Positions 18,923 to 27,497 of a DNA stretch of 64,000 bases are shown here, piece by piece. Every line of letters begins with the position of its first letter. The stretch's first letter is position 1. Source of the stretch: Synergistota bacterium (GTDB lineage: Bacteria > Synergistota > Synergistia > Synergistales > Aminobacteriaceae); assembly GCA_022704435.1 (NCBI GenBank), contig JAKJGK010000001.1:33554-97553 (forward strand), in the 5' to 3' direction. A model generated the notes under the pieces. That model had not been told where the DNA came from. It saw nothing but the letters and a program-made list of their open reading frames with translations, and made no database searches. Position numbers and translations under genes: made by a program.

Positions 18923-19768
18923 ATGAGGGAGATCTCCGCCAGGATGGTGACCGAGGCCGTCGCGCGGCTCTTCGTCGAGGCTGCGTACAACCTCCCGGCC
19001 GATATGATACGGACATTGGAGGATGCGGCCGCCGTCGAGAGCAGCGCCCCGGCGGCCGTAGTGCTGAGGGATATCCTCGAGAACGCCATGACAGCGTCCG
19101 AGGGGGTGCACCCGCTGTGCCAGGACTGCGGCATGGCAGTTGTCTTCATCGACCTGGGCCAGGAGGTGATGCTGATTGGCGGGGGCCTGGCCGAGGCGGT
19201 GGACGAAGGGGTGCGACGCGCCTACAGCGAGGGGTATTTGCGTTGTTCCATAGTCGCGGACCCGCTGTACGACCGTAGAAACACCGGGGACAACACCCCG
19301 GCGAAGCTGCACGTCCGAATAGTGCCCGGCGACAGGGTTGCGATCACGGTGGCCCCGAAGGGCTTCGGCAGCGAGAACATGAGCGCTATCGCCATGCTGG
19401 CGCCAGCGGCGGGCGTCGAGGGAGTCGTTGATTTCGTGGTCGGCGCTGTTGACAGGGCCGGGGCCAATCCGTGTCCGCCTGTCGTGCTGGGCGTGGGGAT
19501 AGGCAGCGACTTCGAGGGAGTGGCCGAGCTGGCGAAACGCGCACTGCTCCGGCCGATCGGCGAGAGGAACCCTCACCCCGCCTACGCCGATCTGGAGAGA
19601 CGACTGCTCGAGGAGGTAAACGACCTCGGAATCGGGGCAGCCGGATACGGCGGGGGTGTGACCGCTCTTGGAGTGAACGTCGAGTACGCGCCCACTCATA
19701 TTGCGGGCCTCCCCGTGGCGGTGAACTTCTGCTGCCACTCGAACCGACATGCCTGCTGCACTTTGTGA
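18923..19768 (+). CDS. Fe-S hydro-lyase alpha subunit (class I fumarate hydratase / tartrate dehydratase type)
   Basis: 281 aa. Family segments: PLCQDCGMAVVFIDLG, NTPAKLHVRIVPGD, APKGFGSENMS, and the C-terminal CCHS cluster ligand region. Confidence 0.88.
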   Translation: MREISARMVTEAVARLFVEAAYNLPADMIRTLEDAAAVESSAPAAVVLRDILENAMTASEGVHPLCQDCGMAVVFIDLGQEVMLIGGGLAEAVDEGVRRAYSEGYLRCSIVADPLYDRRNTGDNTPAKLHVRIVPGDRVAITVAPKGFGSENMSAIAMLAPAAGVEGVVDFVVGAVDRAGANPCPPVVLGVGIGSDFEGVAELAKRALLRPIGERNPHPAYADLERRLLEEVNDLGIGAAGYGGGVTALGVNVEYAPTHIAGLPVAVNFCCHSNRHACCTL

Positions 19769-19777
19769 GGTGGAGGA

Positions 19778-20347
19778 ATGAGAAGCGAAGCCAGACGCTT
19801 GATGGCCCCGCTGAATCGCGCAGACTGCGAGGCTCTGTGCGCCGGAGACGAAGTCCTGCTGTCGGGTGTCATATACGTGGCCAGAGATGCGGCTCACAAG
19901 CGCATGGTCGAGGCGCTTGAAAACGGTGAGCCCGTCCCGGCGGACCTGTGGGGGGCCGTAATCTTCTACGCCGGCCCGTCGCCCGCGCGCCCGGGGCTGC
20001 CCATAGGTTCCATAGGGCCGACCACGAGCTACCGCATGGACCCCTACGCCCCCGCGCTCCTGGAGGAGGGGGTGAGGGGGATGATAGGCAAGGGCGACCG
20101 CAGCCCGGAAGTGGTGAGCAGCATCGTCAAGAACGGAGCCGTCTACTTCGGGGCCGCCGGGGGGATAGCGGCGCTTTTCGCCCGCAGCGTGGCCTCCTCG
20201 GAGATTATAGGCTACGAGGACCTCGGGCCGGAGGCCATGCTGAAGCTCGATGTACGGGAGATGCCGCTGACTGTGCTCATCGACTCGCGAGGAGCCTCCC
20301 TCTACCTCTCCGGCTGGGAGAGATTCCGCAGGGCAAAGAAGGCGTAG
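19778..20347 (+). CDS. Fe-S hydro-lyase beta subunit (fumarate hydratase C-terminal domain)
   Basis: 189 aa. Family segments: LSGVIYVARDAAHKRM, IFYAGPSPARPG, GPTTSYRMDPY, MIGKGDRS. Confidence 0.88.
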   Translation: MRSEARRLMAPLNRADCEALCAGDEVLLSGVIYVARDAAHKRMVEALENGEPVPADLWGAVIFYAGPSPARPGLPIGSIGPTTSYRMDPYAPALLEEGVRGMIGKGDRSPEVVSSIVKNGAVYFGAAGGIAALFARSVASSEIIGYEDLGPEAMLKLDVREMPLTVLIDSRGASLYLSGWERFRRAKKA

Positions 20348-20363
20348 GCTCGGCGCACCTTTG

Positions 20364-21056
20364 TCAAGCCGTCTCCCCGCCTCCGACGAGGGCCCTGCGC
20401 GTCCTCTCCTCGGCATTTGTCAGGTGGAGTGTCACGAGCCCCTCGACCCTGTCGGGGTCGTGCTCGCCCAGGGCGGACAGAATCTCCAGGTGTTCCTTGG
20501 TGACCGCCTCGAGCACCTCCTCCCTGAAGGGTCCCTTCTCCGCGAAGTAGCGAATCCTGCGCGCGTGGACGCTCAGGTTGTTCAGGGCGTCCAGGATCAG
20601 GGGATTGTCGGTCCTGCTCGCGAGAAGCGAGTGCAGCGCGACGTCGGACTCCAAGTAGTGATCGAAGTCGTCAGGATCGTCGCGGACCTTGAGCACCTTC
20701 TCCCTCACCGACTCTATCTCCTCGTCCGTGCAGTGGACCGCGGCGTCCCTGCTCACCCTGGCCTCCAGCAGCCGGCGGAACTCCCAGACGTGGCGCGATC
20801 TCGTCTCGCTGACCTGGGTGACCACGGCCGCCTTGTTCCGCTCGATCTGAACCAGTCCCAGCCCCTCCAGGCGGAGCAGCGCCTCCCTTATCGGGGTGGT
20901 GCTCACGCCGAACTCCGCCGCGAGCTTGTCGATCTGGAGAACCTCTCCCGGCTGATAGGCGTTGCTTACGATCAACTCCTTTATCGTCTCGAACACCTGG
21001 TCCCCCAAAGAATGAAAAATCCTGCTCACCACAAAACCCAACTCCTCTCCCGGCAT
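20364..21056 (-). CDS. GntR-family transcriptional regulator with FCD domain
   Basis: ORF 20364..21113 trimmed to ATG 21056. GTG 21032 with a GGAGAGGAG RBS is an alternative start. wHTH LAAEFGVSTTPIREALLRLEGLGLV. The C-terminal helical FCD-like region contains His residues. Confidence 0.8.
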   Translation of the reverse strand: MPGEELGFVVSRIFHSLGDQVFETIKELIVSNAYQPGEVLQIDKLAAEFGVSTTPIREALLRLEGLGLVQIERNKAAVVTQVSETRSRHVWEFRRLLEARVSRDAAVHCTDEEIESVREKVLKVRDDPDDFDHYLESDVALHSLLASRTDNPLILDALNNLSVHARRIRYFAEKGPFREEVLEAVTKEHLEILSALGEHDPDRVEGLVTLHLTNAEERTRRALVGGGETA

Positions 21057-21179
21057 GCCACGACAACCGACACACATGCGCTGCCGCGCGGGCGTGTCGC
21101 CAGCCCTCGGCATCCGGCGTACTGAAGCGCGACGAAGCCGCCTTCGGAGTGATTATACCAGTTTACGCCCTTGACTGAT

Positions 21180-21198
21180 AAGGGTAGTTGTTACCCTT
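21180..21198. promoter_or_regulatory. Inverted repeat upstream of the GntR gene (candidate operator)
   Basis: AAGGGTA-GTTGT-TACCCTT, 7 bp arms containing a GT..AC core. It lies just upstream of a minus-strand TATAAT (complement of 21152-21157). Confidence 0.25.
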
Positions 21199-21247
21199 GG
21201 GGATGGGAGCTTCTTCAAGACGCTTTTCTCTGCGGAAAAAAGGATAG

Positions 21248-21278
21248 AAAAAAGGTTCCCGCTATGACCGCGGAAACC
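21248..21278 (-). terminator. Rho-independent terminator of tRNA-Val
   Basis: On the minus strand: GGTTTCCGC-GGTCATA-GCGGGAACC (9 bp stem with one G.U) followed by TTTTTTC. Confidence 0.65.
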
Positions 21279-21292
21279 CGGTATTCATCAGA

Positions 21293-21368
21293 TGGTGGGC
21301 GATACTGGGTTCGAACCAGTGACCTCTTCCGTGTGAAGGAAGCGCTACTTCCGCTGAGCTAATCGCCC
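21293..21368 (-). tRNA. tRNA-Val (anticodon CAC)
   Basis: Hand-folded 76 nt: GGGCGAT TA GCTC..TAGC G CTTCC TTCACAC GGAAG AGGTC ACTGG TTCGAAC CCAGT ATCGCCC ACCA. Perfect acceptor, anticodon and T stems, GTTCGAA T-loop, and an encoded CCA. Confidence 0.9.
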
Positions 21369-21381
21369 TTGAACATGGAGG

Positions 21382-21410
21382 ATTATACAGTGCGCCGACG
21401 GTGTTTGCAA
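21382..21410 (-). promoter_or_regulatory. Sigma70-type promoter of tRNA-Val
   Basis: On the minus strand: TTGCAA (21410-21405), 17 nt spacer, TATAAT (21387-21382). The tRNA 5' end is 13 nt downstream. Confidence 0.55.
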
Positions 21411-21596
21411 GGGGGGGAGAAAAATCTCGTAACGATCGGCGTTCATGCGCTTGTGCGACGGGCGGAAGTGGGTTGGAACGTCTCATTTACTGCTCGAGAT
21501 ATGAATTTCAGGCAAGAAATATCAATTTATCGAAACTGAAGGTAGCTTTAAATTGCCGGGTTTTAGGGTATAATGAGTTCGGAGCGTGATAAGTCG

Positions 21597-22052
21597 ATGA
21601 CGGAAGGTTTTGATCTGGAGCTGGCTGCGGATCTCTGGGAGTACTGGGGATTTTCGCCGTGGATCTCCGGAGGAATGAAGGGTGTCTACAGAAGGGTGAC
21701 GTTCGTCAAGAACGCTCTTATCGGCGAGGTCTGCAGGTACTATGCGGACGACTACGTGATCTGGCGCCACAACGGCAGGCTGGACATGGAGGGCGTGTTA
21801 AGCGCGTGCAGACCTCAGCCGGATCTGATGTCGCAGAGATATCTGTTTATAGAGCAGGTGGAGACGGGGGTAAAGGGGCGAATCCGCTCCTTTCTCCTTG
21901 GAATTAGGGGCTACGCTGAGGTCCATTCATACACGCCGGGGTGCGGATACCCCAAGCGCTTGAAGGATCTAGCGCCCCTTGTCGACAGGGCCTTGGAGCT
22001 GGTGCGTTCCAGGGAGGATGAATCGGGGGGTGGTGAGCGCCAAATCCCATAA
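21597..22052 (+). CDS. Hypothetical protein
   Basis: ORF 21573..22052. The 21573 ATG sits inside a TATAAT box (21569-21574), so ATG 21597 is preferred. 151 aa and soluble. No family recognised. Locally lower GC than its neighbours. Confidence 0.45.
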   Translation: MTEGFDLELAADLWEYWGFSPWISGGMKGVYRRVTFVKNALIGEVCRYYADDYVIWRHNGRLDMEGVLSACRPQPDLMSQRYLFIEQVETGVKGRIRSFLLGIRGYAEVHSYTPGCGYPKRLKDLAPLVDRALELVRSREDESGGGERQIP

Positions 22053-22091
22053 CACGAGGTCATTTTTTGTTTTTTCATATTTCCTACGGAG

Positions 22092-23735
22092 GTGAACGAA
22101 TTGCTTTCCACTCTTGCCATGCTGTTTTTAGCTGCAATTGTCCTTTTCGCAATCTGTTACAAGGTCTACGGTTCCTACCTAGCCAAGGTCTTCAACCTTG
22201 ACGACAACACCAAGACCCCGGCGGAGGCTATGTATGACGGTATCGACTACTGCCCGGCTCATCCGGCGGTCCTCCTGGGGCACCACTTTGCCTCCATCGC
22301 GGGTGCCGGGCCGATAGTGGGCCCCATCACGGCGGCGTCGATGTTCGGCTGGCTCCCGGCCTACCTGTGGTGCCTCATAGGCTCGGCGTTCCTCGGCGGA
22401 CCGCATGACATGGGCTCGCTGGTGGCGTCGATGCGCCACGAGGGCAAGTCGGTCGGAGAGGTCGTGGACAGGTGGATAGGCCGCAGGGGCAAGGTGCTGT
22501 TCCTGTGCTTCACGATCCTCGCCCTGATCCTCGTGGTCGCCGTCTTCCTCCAGCTGTCGGCCGGCTCGTTCGCCCAGGACCCGGCGGTGGCCTTCTCGGC
22601 GACCCTGTACATCTTCATGGCTGTCGTGTTCGGGGTGCTGATCTACAAGTACCACGTCCCCCTGTGGCTGATGACCGTCGTCATGGTCCCGATAGTCATC
22701 TATGCATGCTGGTACGGCAACGAGGCCGCCTGGGTCGCCGAGACGTTCAAGCTGTCAATGGAGACCTGGCGCTGGCTGTTGGTCGGCTATATTTTCTTGG
22801 CATCCATACTCCCGGTCTGGCTCCTGCTGCAGCCGCGAGACTATCTCGCCTCCTATTTTCTCTACTTCGCCGTGATCATCGGCTCGATAGGCATGATCAT
22901 GGGCAAGGGCGAGGGGTTCGACGTCGTGCTGCCGGCGTTCAAGGGGTTCACGGCGGGCAACCAGTATCTTTGGCCGATGCTCTTCGTCGTCGTCGCCTGC
23001 GGTGCCATCTCGGGCTTCCACTCCCTGGTGGGCAGCGGCACGACCTCCAAGCAGCTGCGCAGGGAGAGCGACTCCGTGGTTGTGGGCTACGGCTCCATGC
23101 TGCTTGAGGGGCTGGTCGGAGTCATAGCGGTCGGCACCATCATGATCAGCGGCGTCATAGCGGAGGGCGGCCCGACCATGACCTATGCCCAGGGGTTCGG
23201 GAAGTTCGCGGCTATCCTTGGGATCGACCCCAAGGTCGGCGTGTCCCTGGGCCTCCTGGCGATGAACTCCTTCCTGCTCACCTCGCTTGACACGGCCACG
23301 CGTCTGACCAGGTACCAGATCCAGGAGCTGTGCAACATGAAGGTCGACAAGTACACCGCGACCGTGATAGCGATCGCCGGCGCAATGGCCCTGCTTCTCA
23401 CCAAGGCGCACGGGCCCACGGGTAACGTCATCCCGGCATGGGCGGCTATATGGCCGATATTCGGTGCGTCGAACCAGCTCGTCGCGGCCCTCACGCTCAT
23501 GACCCTCGGCGTGTGGGTGAGCAAGGCGCTGAAGCGGGACAACCGTTTCGCCATGTACCCGATGTGGTTCATGCTGGTGACGACTGTCGCGGCACTCGGC
23601 TTCATGATCAGGGACAACCTGGCCTTCGAGAAGCCGAACTACATTCTCGTGGTGCCCTCCGTGCTGTTGCTGGTGCTCGCGTTGCTCATGATCTTCGAGT
23701 CGCTCAAGGCCCTGAGGGAGGAACCCAGGCTCTAA
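22092..23735 (+). CDS. cstA: Carbon starvation protein A (peptide/pyruvate transporter family)
   Basis: 547 aa. GTG start after GGAGG. CstA hallmarks: HHFASIAGAGPIVGPI, GGPHDMGSLVASMRHEG, ACGAISGFHSLVGSGTTSKQL. Confidence 0.9.
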   Translation: MNELLSTLAMLFLAAIVLFAICYKVYGSYLAKVFNLDDNTKTPAEAMYDGIDYCPAHPAVLLGHHFASIAGAGPIVGPITAASMFGWLPAYLWCLIGSAFLGGPHDMGSLVASMRHEGKSVGEVVDRWIGRRGKVLFLCFTILALILVVAVFLQLSAGSFAQDPAVAFSATLYIFMAVVFGVLIYKYHVPLWLMTVVMVPIVIYACWYGNEAAWVAETFKLSMETWRWLLVGYIFLASILPVWLLLQPRDYLASYFLYFAVIIGSIGMIMGKGEGFDVVLPAFKGFTAGNQYLWPMLFVVVACGAISGFHSLVGSGTTSKQLRRESDSVVVGYGSMLLEGLVGVIAVGTIMISGVIAEGGPTMTYAQGFGKFAAILGIDPKVGVSLGLLAMNSFLLTSLDTATRLTRYQIQELCNMKVDKYTATVIAIAGAMALLLTKAHGPTGNVIPAWAAIWPIFGASNQLVAALTLMTLGVWVSKALKRDNRFAMYPMWFMLVTTVAALGFMIRDNLAFEKPNYILVVPSVLLLVLALLMIFESLKALREEPRL

Positions 23736-23747
23736 TCAGGACGAAAA

Positions 23748-23781
23748 GAGAGGGGCGCCGGGATGATCCGGCGCCCCTCTC
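23748..23781. terminator. Bidirectional terminator hairpin between cstA and the zinc-ribbon gene
   Basis: GAGAGGGGCGCCGG (23748-23761), 6 nt loop, CCGGCGCCCCTCTC (23768-23781): a 14 bp stem. The T-rich tail (TCTTTTCGTCC) is on the minus-strand side. Confidence 0.65.
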
Positions 23782-23803
23782 AGCTTCTTCCGTCAGGCGG
23801 TCG

Positions 23804-23977
23804 CTAGGAACTCTTGCCCACGCTGAAGGACTTCGCGCTCCAGGACTTGCCGCGCTTTCTGTTCTCAGCCTCGAGCACCTCCACGAACCTGCACCCGCAC
23901 CGCTCGCAACGAATGGTCGAAGCGTTGTCGTCCAGCTCGAACTCGCTCTTGCACGATAGACATCTATACCTCCCCAT
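23804..23977 (-). CDS. Small zinc-ribbon protein
   Basis: ORF 23804..24046 trimmed to ATG 23977 (GGGGGTGA RBS). 57 aa: MGRYRCLSCKSEFELDDNASTIRCERCGCRF..., with two CxxC pairs and a basic tail. Confidence 0.5.
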   Translation of the reverse strand: MGRYRCLSCKSEFELDDNASTIRCERCGCRFVEVLEAENRKRGKSWSAKSFSVGKSS

Positions 23978-24142
23978 AGAAATCACCCCCGAATAAATGA
24001 TCTGGAGATCAATCCAAGTCTGCCGACGGCACCAGTGCGCGCTCAACTGAATTATACCATGAAGCCTCGACGGAGAGCCAATGGAGGGCGCGTGTTGTAT
24101 AATCGCCGGAAGTCACTACGCTGTTCAGAGGGGAGGAGCAAT

Positions 24143-25888
24143 ATGACCTATCCATTTCCGAGGGACGAAGGGGAGGCGACATGCGTCATCAGCGGGGCGG
24201 CAGGGCTGGGAATCCAGACCGTCGAGGACATGTTGGCGAGGCTGGTCGTGGACTCCGGACTTCACATCTTCGGGTCGCGGGAGTACATGTCGAGGGTGAG
24301 GGGGGGGAACAACTCCACCGAGCTGAGAATCTCCACGTCCAGGGTCGACGCCCTGGTCGACAGGATGGACATCCTTGTGGCCATGAGCCGCAACGTCCGC
24401 GCCAACATACGTGAGAGGATCGGCCCCACCACGGTCATCGTCGGCGACAGGGCCGAGCTGGGCGAGGAGCTCGACGGCGCTGGAGGAGTCTTCGTGGATG
24501 TGCCGCTGGCCGAACTGGCCGCGGCGTCCGGCGGCAGGATCTACTCGAACTCGGTGGCCGCGGGTATAGTCCTCGGCATCTTGGGAATCGATCCGGGGCG
24601 CGCCGCCGACTACTTCCGCAAACGCTTCTCCGGCAAGAAGCCGGAGGTGGCCGAGAAGAACTCGGCGGCCTGCCTGGCCGGGCACGAGGTGGGAGAGAGG
24701 CTGGTGGAGGGCAGGGGGCTGTTCTCGCCCGAGAATGGTTCTTCCGGCGTCGGAAGGGCCATAATTAACGGCAGCGACGCGGTCTCGCTGGGGGCAATGG
24801 CCGCCGGTTGCAACTTCGTGACCGCATACCCGATGTCGCCGGCCACAGGACTGCTCTCGTTCTTCGCAAAACACGCCGGTAGGGTAGGGGCGGTCGTCGA
24901 GCAGACCGAGGACGAACTCGCAGCCATCAACATGGCGGTGGGAGCGGCCTACGCCGGGGCCAGGCCCGTGGTGACCACCTCGGGAGGGGGCTTCGCGCTC
25001 ATGGCGGAGGGGATAAGCCTCGCCGGGGTCGTGGAGGCGCCGGTGGTGGTGCATCTGTCGCAGCGGCCCGGCCCGGCGACCGGGATGGCAACGCGGTCGG
25101 AGCAGGCGGACCTGGAGCTCGCGCTTTACTCGGGGCACGGCGAGTTCCCGAGGGCGCTGTACGCCCCGGGGAGCATCGAGAGCGCTTTCATGCTCGCGCA
25201 GGAGGCCTTTCGAGTCGCGCTGAAGTACCAGACGCCTGCGATAATACTGACGGATCAGTACTTTGTGAATTCGTTTCACAACGTGTGTCCTGAGGAGCTC
25301 GTCCTTATGGAGGGGCCCTCGCCGCTGGACGAGACTCCGGCGGACTACAGGAGGTACGAGGATGATCCGTCGGGGTGCTCACCCTTCGGCGTGCCGGGGC
25401 TTGGGCTCGGTATTGTGGGGGCGGACAGCCACGAGCACGACGAGACGGGGCACGTCTACGAGGACTTCAAGCTGCGCAGGCGAATGCAGGACAAGAGGAT
25501 GAGGAAACTGAGGGGCATGAGCTCCGAGGCCCTGCCTCCGGCTCTGTACGGCCCGGAGGACTACGACAGGCTGGTCGTCTGCTGGGGCTCCACCATACCG
25601 ATATTCAGGGAGGCTCTGTCGCTGCTGAATTTGAAGGGCGTGGCCCTTCTCGCGTTCGAGCAGGTGTGGCCGCTTCACCAGTCCGCGGAGCAGCTTCTCA
25701 AGAGGGCCGGCAGGATAGTGGCGGCGGAGGGGAACAGCACCGGACAGTTCGCCCGGCTGCTTCGCGCGCACACAGGGGTGAAGGCGACCGATGCGCTGTT
25801 CAAATACAGCGGCCTCCAGTTCTCCGTGGAGGAGGCGGCTGAAGGGCTGAAGGGCGTTCTTTCGGGAAATGGGGGCGGATCACGATGA
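24143..25888 (+). CDS. 2-oxoacid:ferredoxin oxidoreductase, fused gamma-alpha subunit
   Basis: ORF 24035..25888 trimmed to ATG 24143 (GGGAGGAG RBS). The N-terminal about 190 aa is gamma-like (GAAGLGIQTVEDML, SNSVAAGIVLG). The alpha domain follows (NGSDAVSLGAMAAGCNFVTAYPMSPAT, EDELAAINMAVGAAYAGARPVVTTSGGGFALM). Confidence 0.85.
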   Translation: MTYPFPRDEGEATCVISGAAGLGIQTVEDMLARLVVDSGLHIFGSREYMSRVRGGNNSTELRISTSRVDALVDRMDILVAMSRNVRANIRERIGPTTVIVGDRAELGEELDGAGGVFVDVPLAELAAASGGRIYSNSVAAGIVLGILGIDPGRAADYFRKRFSGKKPEVAEKNSAACLAGHEVGERLVEGRGLFSPENGSSGVGRAIINGSDAVSLGAMAAGCNFVTAYPMSPATGLLSFFAKHAGRVGAVVEQTEDELAAINMAVGAAYAGARPVVTTSGGGFALMAEGISLAGVVEAPVVVHLSQRPGPATGMATRSEQADLELALYSGHGEFPRALYAPGSIESAFMLAQEAFRVALKYQTPAIILTDQYFVNSFHNVCPEELVLMEGPSPLDETPADYRRYEDDPSGCSPFGVPGLGLGIVGADSHEHDETGHVYEDFKLRRRMQDKRMRKLRGMSSEALPPALYGPEDYDRLVVCWGSTIPIFREALSLLNLKGVALLAFEQVWPLHQSAEQLLKRAGRIVAAEGNSTGQFARLLRAHTGVKATDALFKYSGLQFSVEEAAEGLKGVLSGNGGGSR

Positions 25889-26745
25889 CGTCGAACATTT
25901 TTGATCTGCCGGGCATTGAGATATCCTGGTGCCCTGGCTGCGGAGACTTCAAAATACTGGATTCCATCAAACAGGCCCTGGTCGAGCTGGGGCTGACGCC
26001 GCTCGACGTGGTAGTCGTGTCCGGAATAGGGCAGGCCGCGAAGACGCCTCACTACATGAGATCGCACTTCTTCAACGGACTGCACGGAAGGGCCCTGTCC
26101 AACGCGACAGCCATCAAGGCCGCCAACCCCGGTCTGGAGGTCATAGCGGTCGGGGGGGATGGGGACATGTACGGCGAGGGCGGCAATCACTTCATTCACA
26201 CTATCAGGAGAAACCCGGGAATAACCAACCTGGTGTTCAACAACATGGTGTACGGACTGACCAAGGGGCAGGCGTCGCCCACCAGCCAGAGGGGTTTCCG
26301 CACTCCGGTGCAGGTGGAGGGAGTGAGGGCCCACCCGTTCAACCCCGTCGCGACGGCGCTGGTCCAGGGGGCGGGATTCGTCGCCAGGGCGAACGCCGGG
26401 GACGTGGAGGCCACAAAGGACGTGATAAAGGAAGCCATCAAATACAAGGGGTATGCCCTCGTCGACATCTTCCAGCCCTGCGTCTCCTTCAACCCCGTCA
26501 ACACCTACTCCTGGTTCAAGGAGAACACCTACTGGCTCGACGACCACGACGCCTCGGACTTCAACGGGGCGATGGCGCTGGCCCTGTCCGGCGCCCCCTT
26601 CCCGCTGGGCGTGATATACAGGGGGGAGGAGGGCCCAACCTTCGAGGAGTCGCTTGCCGCCTACAGGAGCGACTCGACGCCTCTTTGCAGGCGAGGCGCC
26701 GCGAGAGACGCGGTGAGGGAGCTGATCGACGGGATGTGCTCTTGA
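25885..26745 (+). CDS. 2-oxoacid:ferredoxin oxidoreductase beta subunit (TPP-binding)
   Basis: 286 aa. The start overlaps the alpha stop. Family segments: WCPGCGDF, GIGQAAK, TPP motif GGDGDMYGEGGNHFIHTIRRN, NNMVYGLTKGQASPT. Confidence 0.88.
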   Translation: MTSNIFDLPGIEISWCPGCGDFKILDSIKQALVELGLTPLDVVVVSGIGQAAKTPHYMRSHFFNGLHGRALSNATAIKAANPGLEVIAVGGDGDMYGEGGNHFIHTIRRNPGITNLVFNNMVYGLTKGQASPTSQRGFRTPVQVEGVRAHPFNPVATALVQGAGFVARANAGDVEATKDVIKEAIKYKGYALVDIFQPCVSFNPVNTYSWFKENTYWLDDHDASDFNGAMALALSGAPFPLGVIYRGEEGPTFEESLAAYRSDSTPLCRRGAARDAVRELIDGMCS

Positions 26746-26747
26746 GA

Positions 26748-27497
26748 TCAGCGGGGGCGACCCCATCTGACAGTAAGGATGCGCCTCCAGGAGAAAGCCT
26801 CGAGGGCGGCTCTCGAGGGAAGCGTCCCCTTCGACATCCTGTCGAAGTCGCTGCATAGCTCCGCGCAGGCTGCCGCCGCCTCCCCCTCCTGCGCTCCGCA
26901 GAAGAGCCGCGCCAGCGCCAGCAGCTTCTTGTAGACCGCCGGAGCAGGCACCAGGTTCGGCCCGTCGCGGGTGATCGTCATGGCGTACACGAAGGAGAGG
27001 GTCTCCGGCCCGGCCCTCTCCTCGTGCCCGCAGTAGCCCGGCAGGCTTGGCGAGACGTAGAGGAACACGCCTCCTTCCGTATCCGGCAGCTGGAGGTTGT
27101 CCCAGTAGGTGGGCCCCGTCGGGGCCAGCGCGAACCATGCGGAGCGGGAGTCGTCCACCGAGGTGATCCAGAGGCAGTGTCGCTTGCTGGTCTTGGGTTC
27201 CTCCAGCTCTATCCTCCAGAGCAGCGCGCCGGCCCCTCCCTGCCCGGGATGCAGCAACCGCCACGAGTCAGAGACAATTCGGGAACCCTCGATCTGCTCA
27301 AGCGTCAACACTCCCCCCGGCGTGCCGACGAAGGCCCTCCTGATCTTACCGCCCCGGTGGTCGAGGGTCAGGGTCACGGGGGTCCCCGGAGCTGTCAGCA
27401 CCCTGATATGCGCACTGCTTCGCACTGCGAAGAGGATGACCAGCGACGCTGCAAATAGCAGGGCGGCGGCGAATCTTGCCCGTCGAGGCGCGGTCAT
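26748..27497 (-). CDS. Hypothetical membrane-anchored/secreted protein
   Basis: ORF 26748..27695 trimmed to ATG 27497, which overlaps the upstream stop as ATGA. N-terminal basic region plus a hydrophobic segment (RRARFAAALLFAASLVILFAV). No family recognised. Confidence 0.5.
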   Translation of the reverse strand: MTAPRRARFAAALLFAASLVILFAVRSSAHIRVLTAPGTPVTLTLDHRGGKIRRAFVGTPGGVLTLEQIEGSRIVSDSWRLLHPGQGGAGALLWRIELEEPKTSKRHCLWITSVDDSRSAWFALAPTGPTYWDNLQLPDTEGGVFLYVSPSLPGYCGHEERAGPETLSFVYAMTITRDGPNLVPAPAVYKKLLALARLFCGAQEGEAAAACAELCSDFDRMSKGTLPSRAALEAFSWRRILTVRWGRPR

